Shown in pieces: positions 8,618 through 17,692 of a DNA stretch of 48,954 nucleotides. The stretch covers positions 1 through 48,954 of the forward strand of contig JBAXAI010000028.1 in assembly GCA_037142615.1 (NCBI GenBank). The letters are read 5' to 3'. Every line of letters starts with the position of its first letter. The stretch's first letter is position 1. Origin of the DNA: Spirochaetales bacterium (GTDB lineage: Bacteria > Spirochaetota > Spirochaetia > JABEVK01). The notes under the pieces were generated by a model that was not told the DNA's origin, searched no databases, and worked only from the letters and a program-made list of their open reading frames with translations. Position numbers and translations under genes: made by a program.

Positions 8618-10131
8618 GTGCCCGCAGAAAGATCATTGACGATGGTGAGTGAACTCCCGTTCCAGCTCCGCACCGACGTCAGCCGCTGCCCTTGCACGGT
8701 GACCTCGGGCCTGGCAGCCACCAACTCGGGGTGAGCCTTGCGGATTTGCAGCATGGCCAGCAAACCGGCGTGTACACGGCCGGCGGGACTTTCGGGCTCG
8801 TCGCGGGTTTGGCGCTCGCGCCCGGCGTCCCAGGGGCCCCGGTGCAAAAAGCGGCTGTCGGCGAACCCCGTCCGGGCCGCCTCGGCGCGGTAGAACTCCC
8901 CGTTGTTCTCCATGCCGATCTCGTCGCCGTAATAGAGGATGGGGGTGCCCGGCAGCGAGAACAGAAGCGACCACGCCAGCAAAGTCTTTGCCGGATTCCT
9001 ATCGAACAGGTCAAACAGGCGCCCCGAAAAAGCCTGGCCGTTGCGGAAGGCCGCCTCGGGAAGCTTGGTGTAGCTCGCCGCCAGCGCCGCCCTCTCGCCA
9101 ATGGGCACCAGCTCAAGGGTCACTTCATCGTGCAGTCTCAAAAACGTGAGCCACGCGCAGTCGGCCGGCAAGTCAGGAAAGCGGGCCTCGGCCAGGCGCT
9201 GAGGGTTGCCATCGAGCAGCGTCTGGTAAAACCTCGGCATCAGGTCAAAGTGGTAGGCCGCCTTGCATTCGTCGCCGTCGCCAAAATAGGCCAACAGCGG
9301 CTCGGGGGCCACGTTGGCTTCGGCCAGCAGCAGACTCCCGGGCCCCAACGCGTCGAGGCAGGCCTGAAACAGCCTGAGCAGCAGGTGCACCTGGGGTCTG
9401 CTGTCGCAGTCGGTGCCTTCTTCCTTCCACAACAGCGCCGCGGCGTCCATCCGGAACCCGTTGACCCCAAAAACCTTCCAGTTGGTCAGAATGCGCACCA
9501 TCTCGAAGGCCACCTGCGGGTTGCGGTAGTTCAGGTCCGGCTGAAAAGGGTAGAACCGGTGGAAGTTCCAAGCCGAAGCCTCGGGTCGCCAGGTCCAGTT
9601 GGAATCGACCAAGCCCGGGAACACCAAAGGCGCCGACGAAAACTCCCGTCCGGTTTCACTCCAAAGGTAGTAGTCACGAAACGGTGACCCCGGATCGCGG
9701 GCGGCCACAAACCACGGGTGGAGGTCCGAGGTATGGTTGACGGCAATATCGAAAATCACGTGGATCCCCAGGGGTTCAGCCGCCTGCAGCAAACGCGAAA
9801 GGGCAGCGTTGCCCCCGTGGCGCGCATCGACCTGCGTGTAGTCGCTGATGTCAAAGCCCTGGTCGCGGCCCGGGCTTGAGAGCAGCGGCAGCAGCCAGAG
9901 GACAGACACGCCAAGTCCTTGCAGCCGTGGGAGTTGCCCTCCCAGCCCGTCGAGATCCCCGAAGGCGTCCGGATACACGCAGTAGACCAGACCGGTCGTC
10001 GCGAACTTTTTGGCCTTTCCCTCTCCGCGGCTGGCGGCAAGGTGCTCGAGGTGCCGCATCAAGGCGCCGAGCACCCGGGTCTCAAAAGGGTAGAGCTGCC
10101 CCCACAAAGAAGGGATGGCCGTTTGACTCAT
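8575..10131 (-). CDS. GH13 alpha-amylase-family enzyme, trehalose synthase (TreS)-like
   Basis: 'DQGFDISDY', 'NHTSDLHPWF', 'FYPFQPDLNY', 'GFRMDAA', 'LAEAN', 'FLRLHDEVTLE', 'YYGDEIGM'. Start placed at ATG 10131. Confidence 0.82.
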   Translation of the reverse strand: MSQTAIPSLWGQLYPFETRVLGALMRHLEHLAASRGEGKAKKFATTGLVYCVYPDAFGDLDGLGGQLPRLQGLGVSVLWLLPLLSSPGRDQGFDISDYTQVDARHGGNAALSRLLQAAEPLGIHVIFDIAVNHTSDLHPWFVAARDPGSPFRDYYLWSETGREFSSAPLVFPGLVDSNWTWRPEASAWNFHRFYPFQPDLNYRNPQVAFEMVRILTNWKVFGVNGFRMDAAALLWKEEGTDCDSRPQVHLLLRLFQACLDALGPGSLLLAEANVAPEPLLAYFGDGDECKAAYHFDLMPRFYQTLLDGNPQRLAEARFPDLPADCAWLTFLRLHDEVTLELVPIGERAALAASYTKLPEAAFRNGQAFSGRLFDLFDRNPAKTLLAWSLLFSLPGTPILYYGDEIGMENNGEFYRAEAARTGFADSRFLHRGPWDAGRERQTRDEPESPAGRVHAGLLAMLQIRKAHPELVAARPEVTVQGQRLTSVRSWNGSSLTIVNDLSAGTYSWSVTPEEPGAR

Positions 10132-10152
10132 AAGTTCCCCCAAAAAAAAGCG

Positions 10153-10181
10153 TTGACAAAAAAACAAAGTGCCCATAATCT
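10153..10181 (+). promoter_or_regulatory. sigma70 promoter of the lacI-agl operon
   Basis: TTGACA (10153-10158), 17 nt, TAATCT (10176-10181); CATAAT at 10174 is an alternative -10; A-rich upstream tract. Confidence 0.6.
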
Positions 10182-10183
10182 CG

Positions 10184-10211
10184 TGAAAGAGCTTTTATGA
10201 AAGAACTTTCA
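10184..10211. promoter_or_regulatory. Two abutting 14-bp LacI-family operators
   Basis: TGAAAGAGCTTTTA (10184-10197) and TGAAAGAACTTTCA (10198-10211), quasi-palindromes of TGAAAG-NN-CTTTCA type. Confidence 0.65.
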
Positions 10212-11228
10212 GAGAACAGTATCACGCCCGTTGTTCAGGGGTCAACCATCTACGATGTCGCGGAAGTCGCCGCCGTGAGCATCACCACCGTCTCGCGGTT
10301 TCTGAACTCTCCCGAGAAGGTCAACGCGCAAACCTCGCGCAAAATCCGCGAGGCCATCGACAAGCTGTCGTACATTCCGCACGGCAACACCGGCAGCAAG
10401 TCCAAGCGGCAAGTTGGCCGCATCGGTGTCATTACCCCGTTCTTCCCGGCGCCGAGTTTTGTGCAGCGCCTTCAGGGCATGACGGCCGTGCTCCGGCAAC
10501 ACCATTGCGAACTGGTGATCTACACCGTCGATTCCCCCGAACAGCTCGACGAGTACCTGCATTCCATTCCTTTTGCCAAACGGCTCGACGGCGTGATCAT
10601 CATGTCGATGCAGATCGACCCTGCCGCTTCGTCACGCCTCGACAGGGCGGGGTTGCCCGTGGTTCTGGTGGAACAGTCGCACCCCTCGTTCAGCGGCGTC
10701 GAGTGCGACAACCGGCTTGGCGGCGCGCTGGCGGCCCGGCACTTTCTCGACAAGGGCTACCTGCCCTGCGGTTTTGTGGGTGAGGCCCTGGTGCCGCCGT
10801 ACTCCCTGCGCCCCAGCGAGGTCCGCTGGCAAGGCTACGAAGAGGCTCTCAAGCAAGCGGGAGTCCTGGTCGCACCGCAGCATGTGGCTTTGGGCGAAAC
10901 CACGGTCGACAGCGGCTACGCCCTGGGCCGGAAGCTCCTCGACCGTGCCGACCGGCCCCGGGCCTTGTTCGCGATGAGCGACCTCCAGGCCATCGGTCTG
11001 CTCAAGGCCGCCCGGGAACTCGGTCTTGCGGTACCCGGCGACGTTGCTCTGCTCGGGTTTGACGACATCGAAGCCGCCGGTTGGCTCGGGCTGTCGACCG
11101 TGAGCCAAAACCTGGCCGAATCGGGCCGCTTGGCGGCGGAACTGCTGATGAGCCGCATCCGCGAGCCCCAACGGCCTCAACAACTGATCCACTTGAAAGT
11201 TGAAGTGATACCAAGATCTACCACCTGA
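10197..11228 (+). CDS. LacI-family transcriptional regulator
   Basis: HTH 'TIYDVAEVAAVSITTVSRFLN'; C-terminal 'VPGDVALLGFDD...LSTVSQ'. Confidence 0.95.
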   Translation: MKELSENSITPVVQGSTIYDVAEVAAVSITTVSRFLNSPEKVNAQTSRKIREAIDKLSYIPHGNTGSKSKRQVGRIGVITPFFPAPSFVQRLQGMTAVLRQHHCELVIYTVDSPEQLDEYLHSIPFAKRLDGVIIMSMQIDPAASSRLDRAGLPVVLVEQSHPSFSGVECDNRLGGALAARHFLDKGYLPCGFVGEALVPPYSLRPSEVRWQGYEEALKQAGVLVAPQHVALGETTVDSGYALGRKLLDRADRPRALFAMSDLQAIGLLKAARELGLAVPGDVALLGFDDIEAAGWLGLSTVSQNLAESGRLAAELLMSRIREPQRPQQLIHLKVEVIPRSTT

Positions 11229-11298
11229 ACCGGCAGGACAAGGAGGAAACTGCGCCGGACCCCGTGTTTTGTTTCATGCCCCATTCTAAGGAGATACT

Positions 11299-12609
11299 AT
11301 GAAGAAGATTCTATTCGCCGTGGCTGCCATCGCAACCATGACTCTGTTCACTACGGCCCTCGCGGCCGATCCGCTGGCTGACGCGTTCGCCGGCAAGCTC
11401 AAAGGCAAGACGGTGACCATGTCGGGACCCTTTACCGACAACGACGCCGTCAAGTTCAACGACTCGGTCAAGGACTTCACTGCCAAGACCGGCATAACCA
11501 TTGAATATGAAGGCTCCAAGGAGTTTGAAGCCTCTATTTCGATCCGTGTCGACGGTGGCAACGCCCCCGACATCGTGGACTTCCCCCAGCCGGGCCTGTT
11601 GGCGGGCTTCGTCAAGAAGGGCAAGGTGCTCGACCTGAACAAGATGCTCGACGTCACCAAGCTCAAGGCCAACTACATCCAGAGCTGGCTCGACATGGGC
11701 ACCATGCCCGGCCCCGATGGCAAGTCCATCATGGCTGGCCTGTGGGCACGCGCCAACGTCAAGGGCATCGTCTGGTACAACAAGAAAGAGTTTGACAAGG
11801 CCGGCTACAAGGTTCCCACCACCTGGGCCGAACTGACCAAACTCCAGGACCAGATCAAGAAAGACGGCGACGCTCCCTGGGCCATCGGCATCGAATCGGG
11901 TGCCGCCACCGGTTGGTCGGCTACCGACTGGACCGAACAGCTGATGCTGCGCACCACCAGCCTGCAGAACTACGACAAGTGGGTCGCCGGTACCCTCAAG
12001 TTCAACAGCCCCGAAGTCCGCAAGGCCATTCAAACGTGGTCCGACATCTGGTTCACCAACGGCAACGTGTACGGCGGACGCAAGTCCATCCCGACGACCA
12101 GCTTCGGTGACGCTCCCAAGGTCATGTTCGAAACTCCCCCCAAGGCTTGGCTCCACGACCAGGGCAGCTTCATCACCAGCTTCTTCCCAAACGGCCTGAC
12201 CCCCGGAGTTGACTACGACTTCTTCAACCTTCCCGCGATCAACGCTACCTACGGTGCGCCCCTGGAAGTCGGTGGAGACATCTACGCCATGTTCAACGAC
12301 CGCCCCGAAGTGCGCGCCGCGATGCAGTACTTTGGTACCGCCGCCTCGCTCAAGAGCTGGGTTCAGGCCGGTGGCGCTTTGGCTCCCCAAAAGGACGTCG
12401 ATGTGTCGTGGTACACCAACTACGTCGACCAGAAACTCGGGACCATGCTCCGCGACGCCAAGGCTCTGCGCTTTGATGCTTCCGACCTGATGCCCGGTGC
12501 TGTTGGCGCCGGTTCGTTCTGGAGGGGCATGACCTCGTACGTATCGGGCTCGATGACTCTCGACCAGGCCGTCAAGGACATTGACGCCAGCTGGCCCGGC
12601 GCCCGCTAA
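11299..12609 (+). CDS. aglE: alpha-glucoside ABC transporter substrate-binding protein (AglE-like)
   Basis: SD AAGGAG; signal peptide; 'GIESGAATGWSATDWTE' and 'RFDASDLMPGAVGAGSFWRGM' are typical of AglE. Confidence 0.85.
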   Translation: MKKILFAVAAIATMTLFTTALAADPLADAFAGKLKGKTVTMSGPFTDNDAVKFNDSVKDFTAKTGITIEYEGSKEFEASISIRVDGGNAPDIVDFPQPGLLAGFVKKGKVLDLNKMLDVTKLKANYIQSWLDMGTMPGPDGKSIMAGLWARANVKGIVWYNKKEFDKAGYKVPTTWAELTKLQDQIKKDGDAPWAIGIESGAATGWSATDWTEQLMLRTTSLQNYDKWVAGTLKFNSPEVRKAIQTWSDIWFTNGNVYGGRKSIPTTSFGDAPKVMFETPPKAWLHDQGSFITSFFPNGLTPGVDYDFFNLPAINATYGAPLEVGGDIYAMFNDRPEVRAAMQYFGTAASLKSWVQAGGALAPQKDVDVSWYTNYVDQKLGTMLRDAKALRFDASDLMPGAVGAGSFWRGMTSYVSGSMTLDQAVKDIDASWPGAR

Positions 12610-12620
12610 GGCGATCGCCT

Positions 12621-12650
12621 GGAGAACTTCGGGCTTGCCCGAAGTTCTCC
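12621..12650 (+). terminator. Strong intercistronic hairpin after the SBP gene (mRNA stabiliser or attenuator)
   Basis: GGAGAACTTCGGGC-TT-GCCCGAAGTTCTCC perfect inverted repeat; no U-tract directly after it. Confidence 0.6.
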
Positions 12651-12707
12651 ACTGCCTTTGCTAGCGTTGAGGCCACTTTCAAATCTTTGCCCACTGAGGA
12701 GAACAAA

Positions 12708-13799
12708 ATGTCATCGTTCCCAATGGCCGCGCCCGAGAAGGCGGGGATCAAGTATCTGAAGCTCTCTTTGTTGTTTGTGGCGGCCGTCGTGGTGCTCGCC
12801 GGGGGCTTCGTTTTCCTCAAGGAATACAAAGACTCCAAACTTCTGCTCATCCTGTTCGCCGTCGTTTGGGGCGTCGGGTCCACGATCTTGCTTTACACCG
12901 TGCTCAACGCCGTCGCCGAAACCTTTCCGCGCAAGGTGCGCACCTGGGTGCTGCCGCTGGTGTTTGCCGGCCCCGCGCTCGTGCTGCTCGTCTGGTTTCT
13001 GGTGCTGCCCACCGTGCGCACGCTGGGCCTGAGCTTTTTTGACGAAACCAGCACCAAGTTTGTTGGACTGGACAATTACTTCTACGCCTTTACCAACCCC
13101 ACCATGCTCGAAAGTTTCGGCAACAACCTGCTGTGGCTGTTTTTTGGCACCGCAGGAACGGTGGTTCTGGGCCTGCTCATCGCCGTGCTGGCCGACCGAA
13201 GCCCCTGGGAAGCCGGCTTCAAGGCCCTGATCTTTTTGCCCATGGCCATCAGTTTTGTGGGCGCCGGCGTCATTTGGAAGTTCATTTACGCCTACAAAGG
13301 CGAAGGCATCGCCGACATCGGGCTGCTCAACGCCGTCGTGGTGGCCTTTGGCGGCACGTCGCAAGCGTGGCTGCAATTGCCGATATGGAATAACTTTCTG
13401 CTCATCGTCATCATGATCTGGCTGCAGACCGGGTACGCCATGGTCATCCTTTCGTCGGCCATCAAGAACATCCCCGAGGAACACCTCGAGGCCGCCCGCA
13501 TCGACGGGGCCAGCGAGTTCCAGATCTTCTTTCGCATCATCATCCCCTCGATTTTGGGGAGCATCATCACTGTCACCACCACCATCGTCATCTTCAGCCT
13601 CAAGCTGTTCGACATCGTGCGGGTGATGACGGGCGGCAACTTCGGCACCAACGTCGTGGCCAACCAGTTTTACGTCGAGCAGTTCACCTTTGGCAGCACC
13701 GGCCACGCCTCGGCCATCGCCATCGTGCTGCTCGTGGCCATTGTGCCCGTTCTCATCTACAACCTGCGGCAGTTCGCCGAAAGGAAGGCCTTCGCATGA
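12708..13799 (+). CDS. aglF: alpha-glucoside ABC transporter permease (AglF-like)
   Basis: 'LIFLPMAISFVGAGVIWKFIY'; EAA motif 'EAARIDGAS'; SD GAGGAG before ATG 12708. Confidence 0.85.
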   Translation: MSSFPMAAPEKAGIKYLKLSLLFVAAVVVLAGGFVFLKEYKDSKLLLILFAVVWGVGSTILLYTVLNAVAETFPRKVRTWVLPLVFAGPALVLLVWFLVLPTVRTLGLSFFDETSTKFVGLDNYFYAFTNPTMLESFGNNLLWLFFGTAGTVVLGLLIAVLADRSPWEAGFKALIFLPMAISFVGAGVIWKFIYAYKGEGIADIGLLNAVVVAFGGTSQAWLQLPIWNNFLLIVIMIWLQTGYAMVILSSAIKNIPEEHLEAARIDGASEFQIFFRIIIPSILGSIITVTTTIVIFSLKLFDIVRVMTGGNFGTNVVANQFYVEQFTFGSTGHASAIAIVLLVAIVPVLIYNLRQFAERKAFA

Positions 13800-14905
13800 G
13801 CCGCTCCCTCACGGCAGGCAAAAAGCCCCCGGTTTTGCAAAAGATAATCGTCACCGTCATCCTGTCGGCTGTCGCGCTCGTCTGGACCGTGCCCACTCTG
13901 GGCGTTCTGGTCACCTCGTTCCGCGATTCCAAAGACATTTTCAGCTCTGGCTGGTGGACAGTGCTGCCGCATCAGGGGTGGACCAAGACAGGCACCTTCG
14001 AAGCCGACGCGGCCCTCGACCTCGACCAGCCGATCACGCTCGAGGGCACCACAGCCGAGTTCGCCGACTGGCGCGCCGGAGTTTCCGTGACCCCCGACCG
14101 CCAGCTCAAGTGGATCGGCAACAAGCGCACCCACACCGTCGAAGTCAGCGAACGCCGCTGGGTCGGCTTTGGCGTCAACCTCACCTGGGACAACTACGCC
14201 AACGTGCTTTCGGCAGGCGAGATCAAGTTCAAGGACGGCGAGGGCAAGGAGCTCAGCCGCTTGGGCAACAACTTCGCCGACGCCGTGCTCAACTCGCTGG
14301 CCGTTTCGATTCCCGCCACGCTGATTCCTATCCTGATCGCGGCCTTTGCCGCGTTCGCGTTCGCCTGGATGGAGTTCCCCGGCCGCAAGACCCTGTTCGT
14401 GATGGTGGTGGCGCTGCTGGTGGTACCGCTGCAGATCGCGCTCATTCCCATCCTGCAAGACTTCACCAACCTCGACCTGAACGGAACGTACTTGGCGATG
14501 TGGCTGGCGCACACGGGCTTCGGCCTCCCGCTGGCCATCTACCTGCTGTTCAACTACATTTCGAGCCTGCCGCGCGACATCCTGGAATCGGCCTACATCG
14601 ACGGGGCCACGCCATTCATCACGTTTGTGCGTCTGATTCTGCCGCTGTCGGTGCCGGCGCTGGCCAGCTTTGCCATCTTCCAGTTCTTGTGGGTGTGGAA
14701 CGACTACCTGGTCGCGCTGATCTTCCTGGGAGACCGCAACCGGGTGGTCACGAGCGCTCTGGCGGCCATGGTCGGTGAAAAGGGTCAGGACTGGCATTTG
14801 CTCACCAGCGGGGCCTTCTTGAGCATGATTCTGCCGCTGGCGGTGTTCTTTGCCTTGCAACGCTTCTTCGTCCGCGGCCTCATGGCCGGCTCGATCAAAG
14901 GCTAG
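13796..14905 (+). CDS. aglG: alpha-glucoside ABC transporter permease (AglG-like)
   Basis: 'SGWW', 'WLAHTGFGLPLAIYLL', 'ESAYIDGA', 'FVRGLMAGSIKG'. Confidence 0.85.
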   Translation: MSRSLTAGKKPPVLQKIIVTVILSAVALVWTVPTLGVLVTSFRDSKDIFSSGWWTVLPHQGWTKTGTFEADAALDLDQPITLEGTTAEFADWRAGVSVTPDRQLKWIGNKRTHTVEVSERRWVGFGVNLTWDNYANVLSAGEIKFKDGEGKELSRLGNNFADAVLNSLAVSIPATLIPILIAAFAAFAFAWMEFPGRKTLFVMVVALLVVPLQIALIPILQDFTNLDLNGTYLAMWLAHTGFGLPLAIYLLFNYISSLPRDILESAYIDGATPFITFVRLILPLSVPALASFAIFQFLWVWNDYLVALIFLGDRNRVVTSALAAMVGEKGQDWHLLTSGAFLSMILPLAVFFALQRFFVRGLMAGSIKG

Positions 14906-14909
14906 CGCT

Positions 14910-16802
14910 GTGGACCTCCCGCTATTTTTGCCTTTCGAAGCGCGTGGGCTGACCCAAAAGCCCGAGTGGGCGGAGTTTGCCCCGCGTCTCGAAACCCAGT
15001 GGGAGGACCTCAGCCGGCGCTTTTTGCAACTCTATGGCCATCGTGAAGACGCCGAGGCCCAGTTGGCCGAACTCGTGGCCGAAGCCTTTGCCGCGTGGCG
15101 GGCCCGGCCCGCCGTGTTCCAGGAGCGCGACCGGCGAAGGCCTCCGGCCAGCCTGTGGTTCCAAAGCCAGGAGCAGGTGGGAGCCGTGGCGTACGTGGAC
15201 CGGTGGGCCGGCGATTTTCGGGCGCTGGAGGCCCGGGTTCCCTACCTCAAGGAGTTGGGCGTCACGTATCTGCACCTGATGCCGTTCTTTCTGGCCCCCG
15301 AAAACGAGAGCGACGGCGGCTACGCGGTGAGCAGTTACCGCCACACCGACCCCAGGCTCGGCACCATGGACGACGTGCAACACTTGGCTCAAGTGCTTGA
15401 CAAGGAAGGAATTGTTCTGGTAGCCGACTTTGTGTTCAACCACACGAGCCACGAGCACGAGTGGGCCCTCAAGGCCCGCGAAGGCGACCCGGTGTATCAA
15501 GGCTACTACTGGCTGTTCGACCACAAGGACGAAACCGCCCCGTGGCAGGCTGGCTTGCGCGACATCTTTCCCGAAACCCGCAAAGGCTCGTTCACCTGGG
15601 ACACCGGGCTGGCCAAATGGGTGTGGACCACCTTCAACAGCTTTCAGTGGGACCTCAACTATTCCAACCCCGAGGTACTGCGCGCCATGGCCCGGGAACT
15701 GACCAGCCTGGCCAACCGCGGCCTGGGCATCCTGCGCCTCGACGCCGTGGCCTTCGTTTGGAAGCAGCAGGGCACCAACTGCGAGAACCTGCCGGGAGCG
15801 CACACGCTCATTCAGCTTTTTCAAGCCGTGGCACGCCTGGCTTGTCCGTCGCTGCTGTTCCTGAGCGAGGCCATCGTTCATCCCGACGACATCGCGCGCT
15901 ACATCAGCCCCGCCGAATGCCAGCTGAGCTACAACCCGCTGCTGATGGCCGAGCTGTGGGAAGCCAGCGCCACCAAAGAAGTCAAACTGCTCGAACTGTC
16001 GCTGCGAACGCGCCACGCCCTGCCCGCCGGGACCGCGTGGGTGAACTACGTGCGCTGCCACGACGACATCGGCTGGACCTTTGCCGACGAAGACGCGGCG
16101 CAGGTGGGCATCAACGGCTACGACCACCGTCAGTTCCTCAACAAGTTCTACACCGGCGACTTTGATGGCACCTTCAGCCGGGGCGTGAGCTTTCAGCATA
16201 ACCCCGACACCGGTGACCGGCGCATCTGCGGCTCGGCGGCCAGCTTGGCCGGGGTCGAAAAAGCCCGACTGGACGAGGACCCCGCAGCGTTGCAGACCGC
16301 ACTTCGCCGCCTGACGTTGCTCTACGGCATCGCCTACAGCGCCGGCGGGCTCCCCTTGCTCTACCTGGGCGACGAATTGGGCGTCGAAAACTGGTACGGC
16401 TACGAAAAGGACCCTGCCATGGTCAAGGACAGCCGCTGGGTTCATCGGCCGTTGTGGAGCGACGCCGACGCCGCCAAGCGCCACGACTCCACGACCGTGG
16501 CCGGCCGGGTGTTCGAGCGTCTGCTCACCCTTTCGCGGCAGCGCAAGGCCCACGCGGTGTTCGGAACGCAGGGCCTGGAGGTGCTGGCAACCGGTCATCC
16601 GTCGGTGCTGGCCTACCGGAAAGTGCTGGGCAATCAGCGCCTCACCGTCGTCGGGAACTTTTCCGAGACCCCGGTCAAGGTATGGGCCGGGGTCTCGGGC
16701 CGCGACTTGTTGGGGTCGCTGGTTCAACAGGCGCAGCACCCGCTCGAACTGCCGGCCTGCGGGCTGGTGTGGCTGTACGAGGAAGTTACCTCAGCCCGTT
16801 GA
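14910..16802 (+). CDS. Amylosucrase/sucrose hydrolase (GH13_4)
   Basis: 'YVDRWAG', 'TYLHLMP', 'SDGGYAVSSYR', 'LRLDAVAFVWK', 'SEAIVHP', 'YVRCHDDIGW', 'DSRWVHRP'. GTG start at 14910. Confidence 0.88.
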   Translation: MDLPLFLPFEARGLTQKPEWAEFAPRLETQWEDLSRRFLQLYGHREDAEAQLAELVAEAFAAWRARPAVFQERDRRRPPASLWFQSQEQVGAVAYVDRWAGDFRALEARVPYLKELGVTYLHLMPFFLAPENESDGGYAVSSYRHTDPRLGTMDDVQHLAQVLDKEGIVLVADFVFNHTSHEHEWALKAREGDPVYQGYYWLFDHKDETAPWQAGLRDIFPETRKGSFTWDTGLAKWVWTTFNSFQWDLNYSNPEVLRAMARELTSLANRGLGILRLDAVAFVWKQQGTNCENLPGAHTLIQLFQAVARLACPSLLFLSEAIVHPDDIARYISPAECQLSYNPLLMAELWEASATKEVKLLELSLRTRHALPAGTAWVNYVRCHDDIGWTFADEDAAQVGINGYDHRQFLNKFYTGDFDGTFSRGVSFQHNPDTGDRRICGSAASLAGVEKARLDEDPAALQTALRRLTLLYGIAYSAGGLPLLYLGDELGVENWYGYEKDPAMVKDSRWVHRPLWSDADAAKRHDSTTVAGRVFERLLTLSRQRKAHAVFGTQGLEVLATGHPSVLAYRKVLGNQRLTVVGNFSETPVKVWAGVSGRDLLGSLVQQAQHPLELPACGLVWLYEEVTSAR

Positions 16803-17688
16803 GAACGAGGATCTCGGGCCGGTACTCAAAGTGGATGGTGTCGAACAGAAGCCACTTGCCGCCCCAGACCCAACCTTCGGCCTCAAAGGCCTCAACCACC
16901 CCCGGTGGCGGGGTCCAGCGGTGGGCCCAGGTCCACTTGTACCAGTGGGCGGTGTCGGTCTGGGCCCACAGCCAGTAGACGGCCTTGCCGCCGTAGCTCT
17001 TCGGGATCAGATCGAGAGCTGTCCCGTAGGCGTGGTTGCTGCGGCTCTGGGTACCGGCGATGTCACGCCAGTTGAAGCCTTCCATTCGCTTCAGTTGGGC
17101 CAGAAAGGCGGCCACCTCGGTGTCTCGTGCCGCCGCCGTGGTCACGGCCTTCTCAACGCGCCGCAGCGAGTCGACCACATCCTGGTGCATCGTGACCTGT
17201 AGCCCGAAAAGCTTAAGCTTGCGCTGCCGCTGATCGGCCTCGCCACGGTTGTGGATGCGCCAAAGCGCGTCAAAAAAGGCCCCGTTGCGTGCCACGTTGG
17301 TCGCCTTTCGGTCAGTCAGCAGGGCTTCAACGGCGAGTTCCTGTTCCGAGGTCCAATCCGCCACGGCGGGAATCTTGCGTGTGTACTGGTAGAAGGGTTG
17401 CGGCGCGAAGCTGATCCAGCGGCCCGACAGTGGCTGGGGCAAAAGGCGTCCGCTGGCCCAAAGAAACTTCTCGCCCCTGACCTGAAAACTCCATTCGGTA
17501 CCGGCAAGCCTCACTTGGGTGAGCACGCCCGGGTAGGCGGTCTTGAGCGACTGAAGCACCACGGGAGCGGCAAAGCTCTTCGACAGGGGGTCAGCGTTGG
17601 TCTGGGCCCAACACGGCATTCCGGCCCAGGCAAGTTCTAGGGCCAAGGTCAGCGCCGGGAGGAGTAGACCGCGCCGCCGCCGGTTCAG
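16786..17688 (-). CDS. M15-family Zn metallopeptidase (D-Ala-D-Ala carboxypeptidase / L,D-endopeptidase-like), exported
   Basis: 'FNWRDIAGTQSRSNHAYGTALD' (SxH...D), 'WGGKW', 'DTIHFEYRPE'. Start uncertain: CTG 17688 or TTG 17646. Confidence 0.82.
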   Translation of the reverse strand: MNRRRRGLLLPALTLALELAWAGMPCWAQTNADPLSKSFAAPVVLQSLKTAYPGVLTQVRLAGTEWSFQVRGEKFLWASGRLLPQPLSGRWISFAPQPFYQYTRKIPAVADWTSEQELAVEALLTDRKATNVARNGAFFDALWRIHNRGEADQRQRKLKLFGLQVTMHQDVVDSLRRVEKAVTTAAARDTEVAAFLAQLKRMEGFNWRDIAGTQSRSNHAYGTALDLIPKSYGGKAVYWLWAQTDTAHWYKWTWAHRWTPPPGVVEAFEAEGWVWGGKWLLFDTIHFEYRPEILVLNGLR

Positions 17689-17692
17689 AGCG

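Noticed and set aside
10141-10168. Poly-A tracts (also 23405-23420) as phase-variation sites
   Set aside because: Runs are 8 nt or shorter and sit in promoter regions, consistent with UP elements; no evidence of length variation from a single sequence.
14922-16739. 605-aa minus-strand ORF and similar long antisense ORFs (24500-26017, 35089-36474, 41329-42552)
   Set aside because: Each mirrors a well-supported gene on the opposite strand and has no family motifs.
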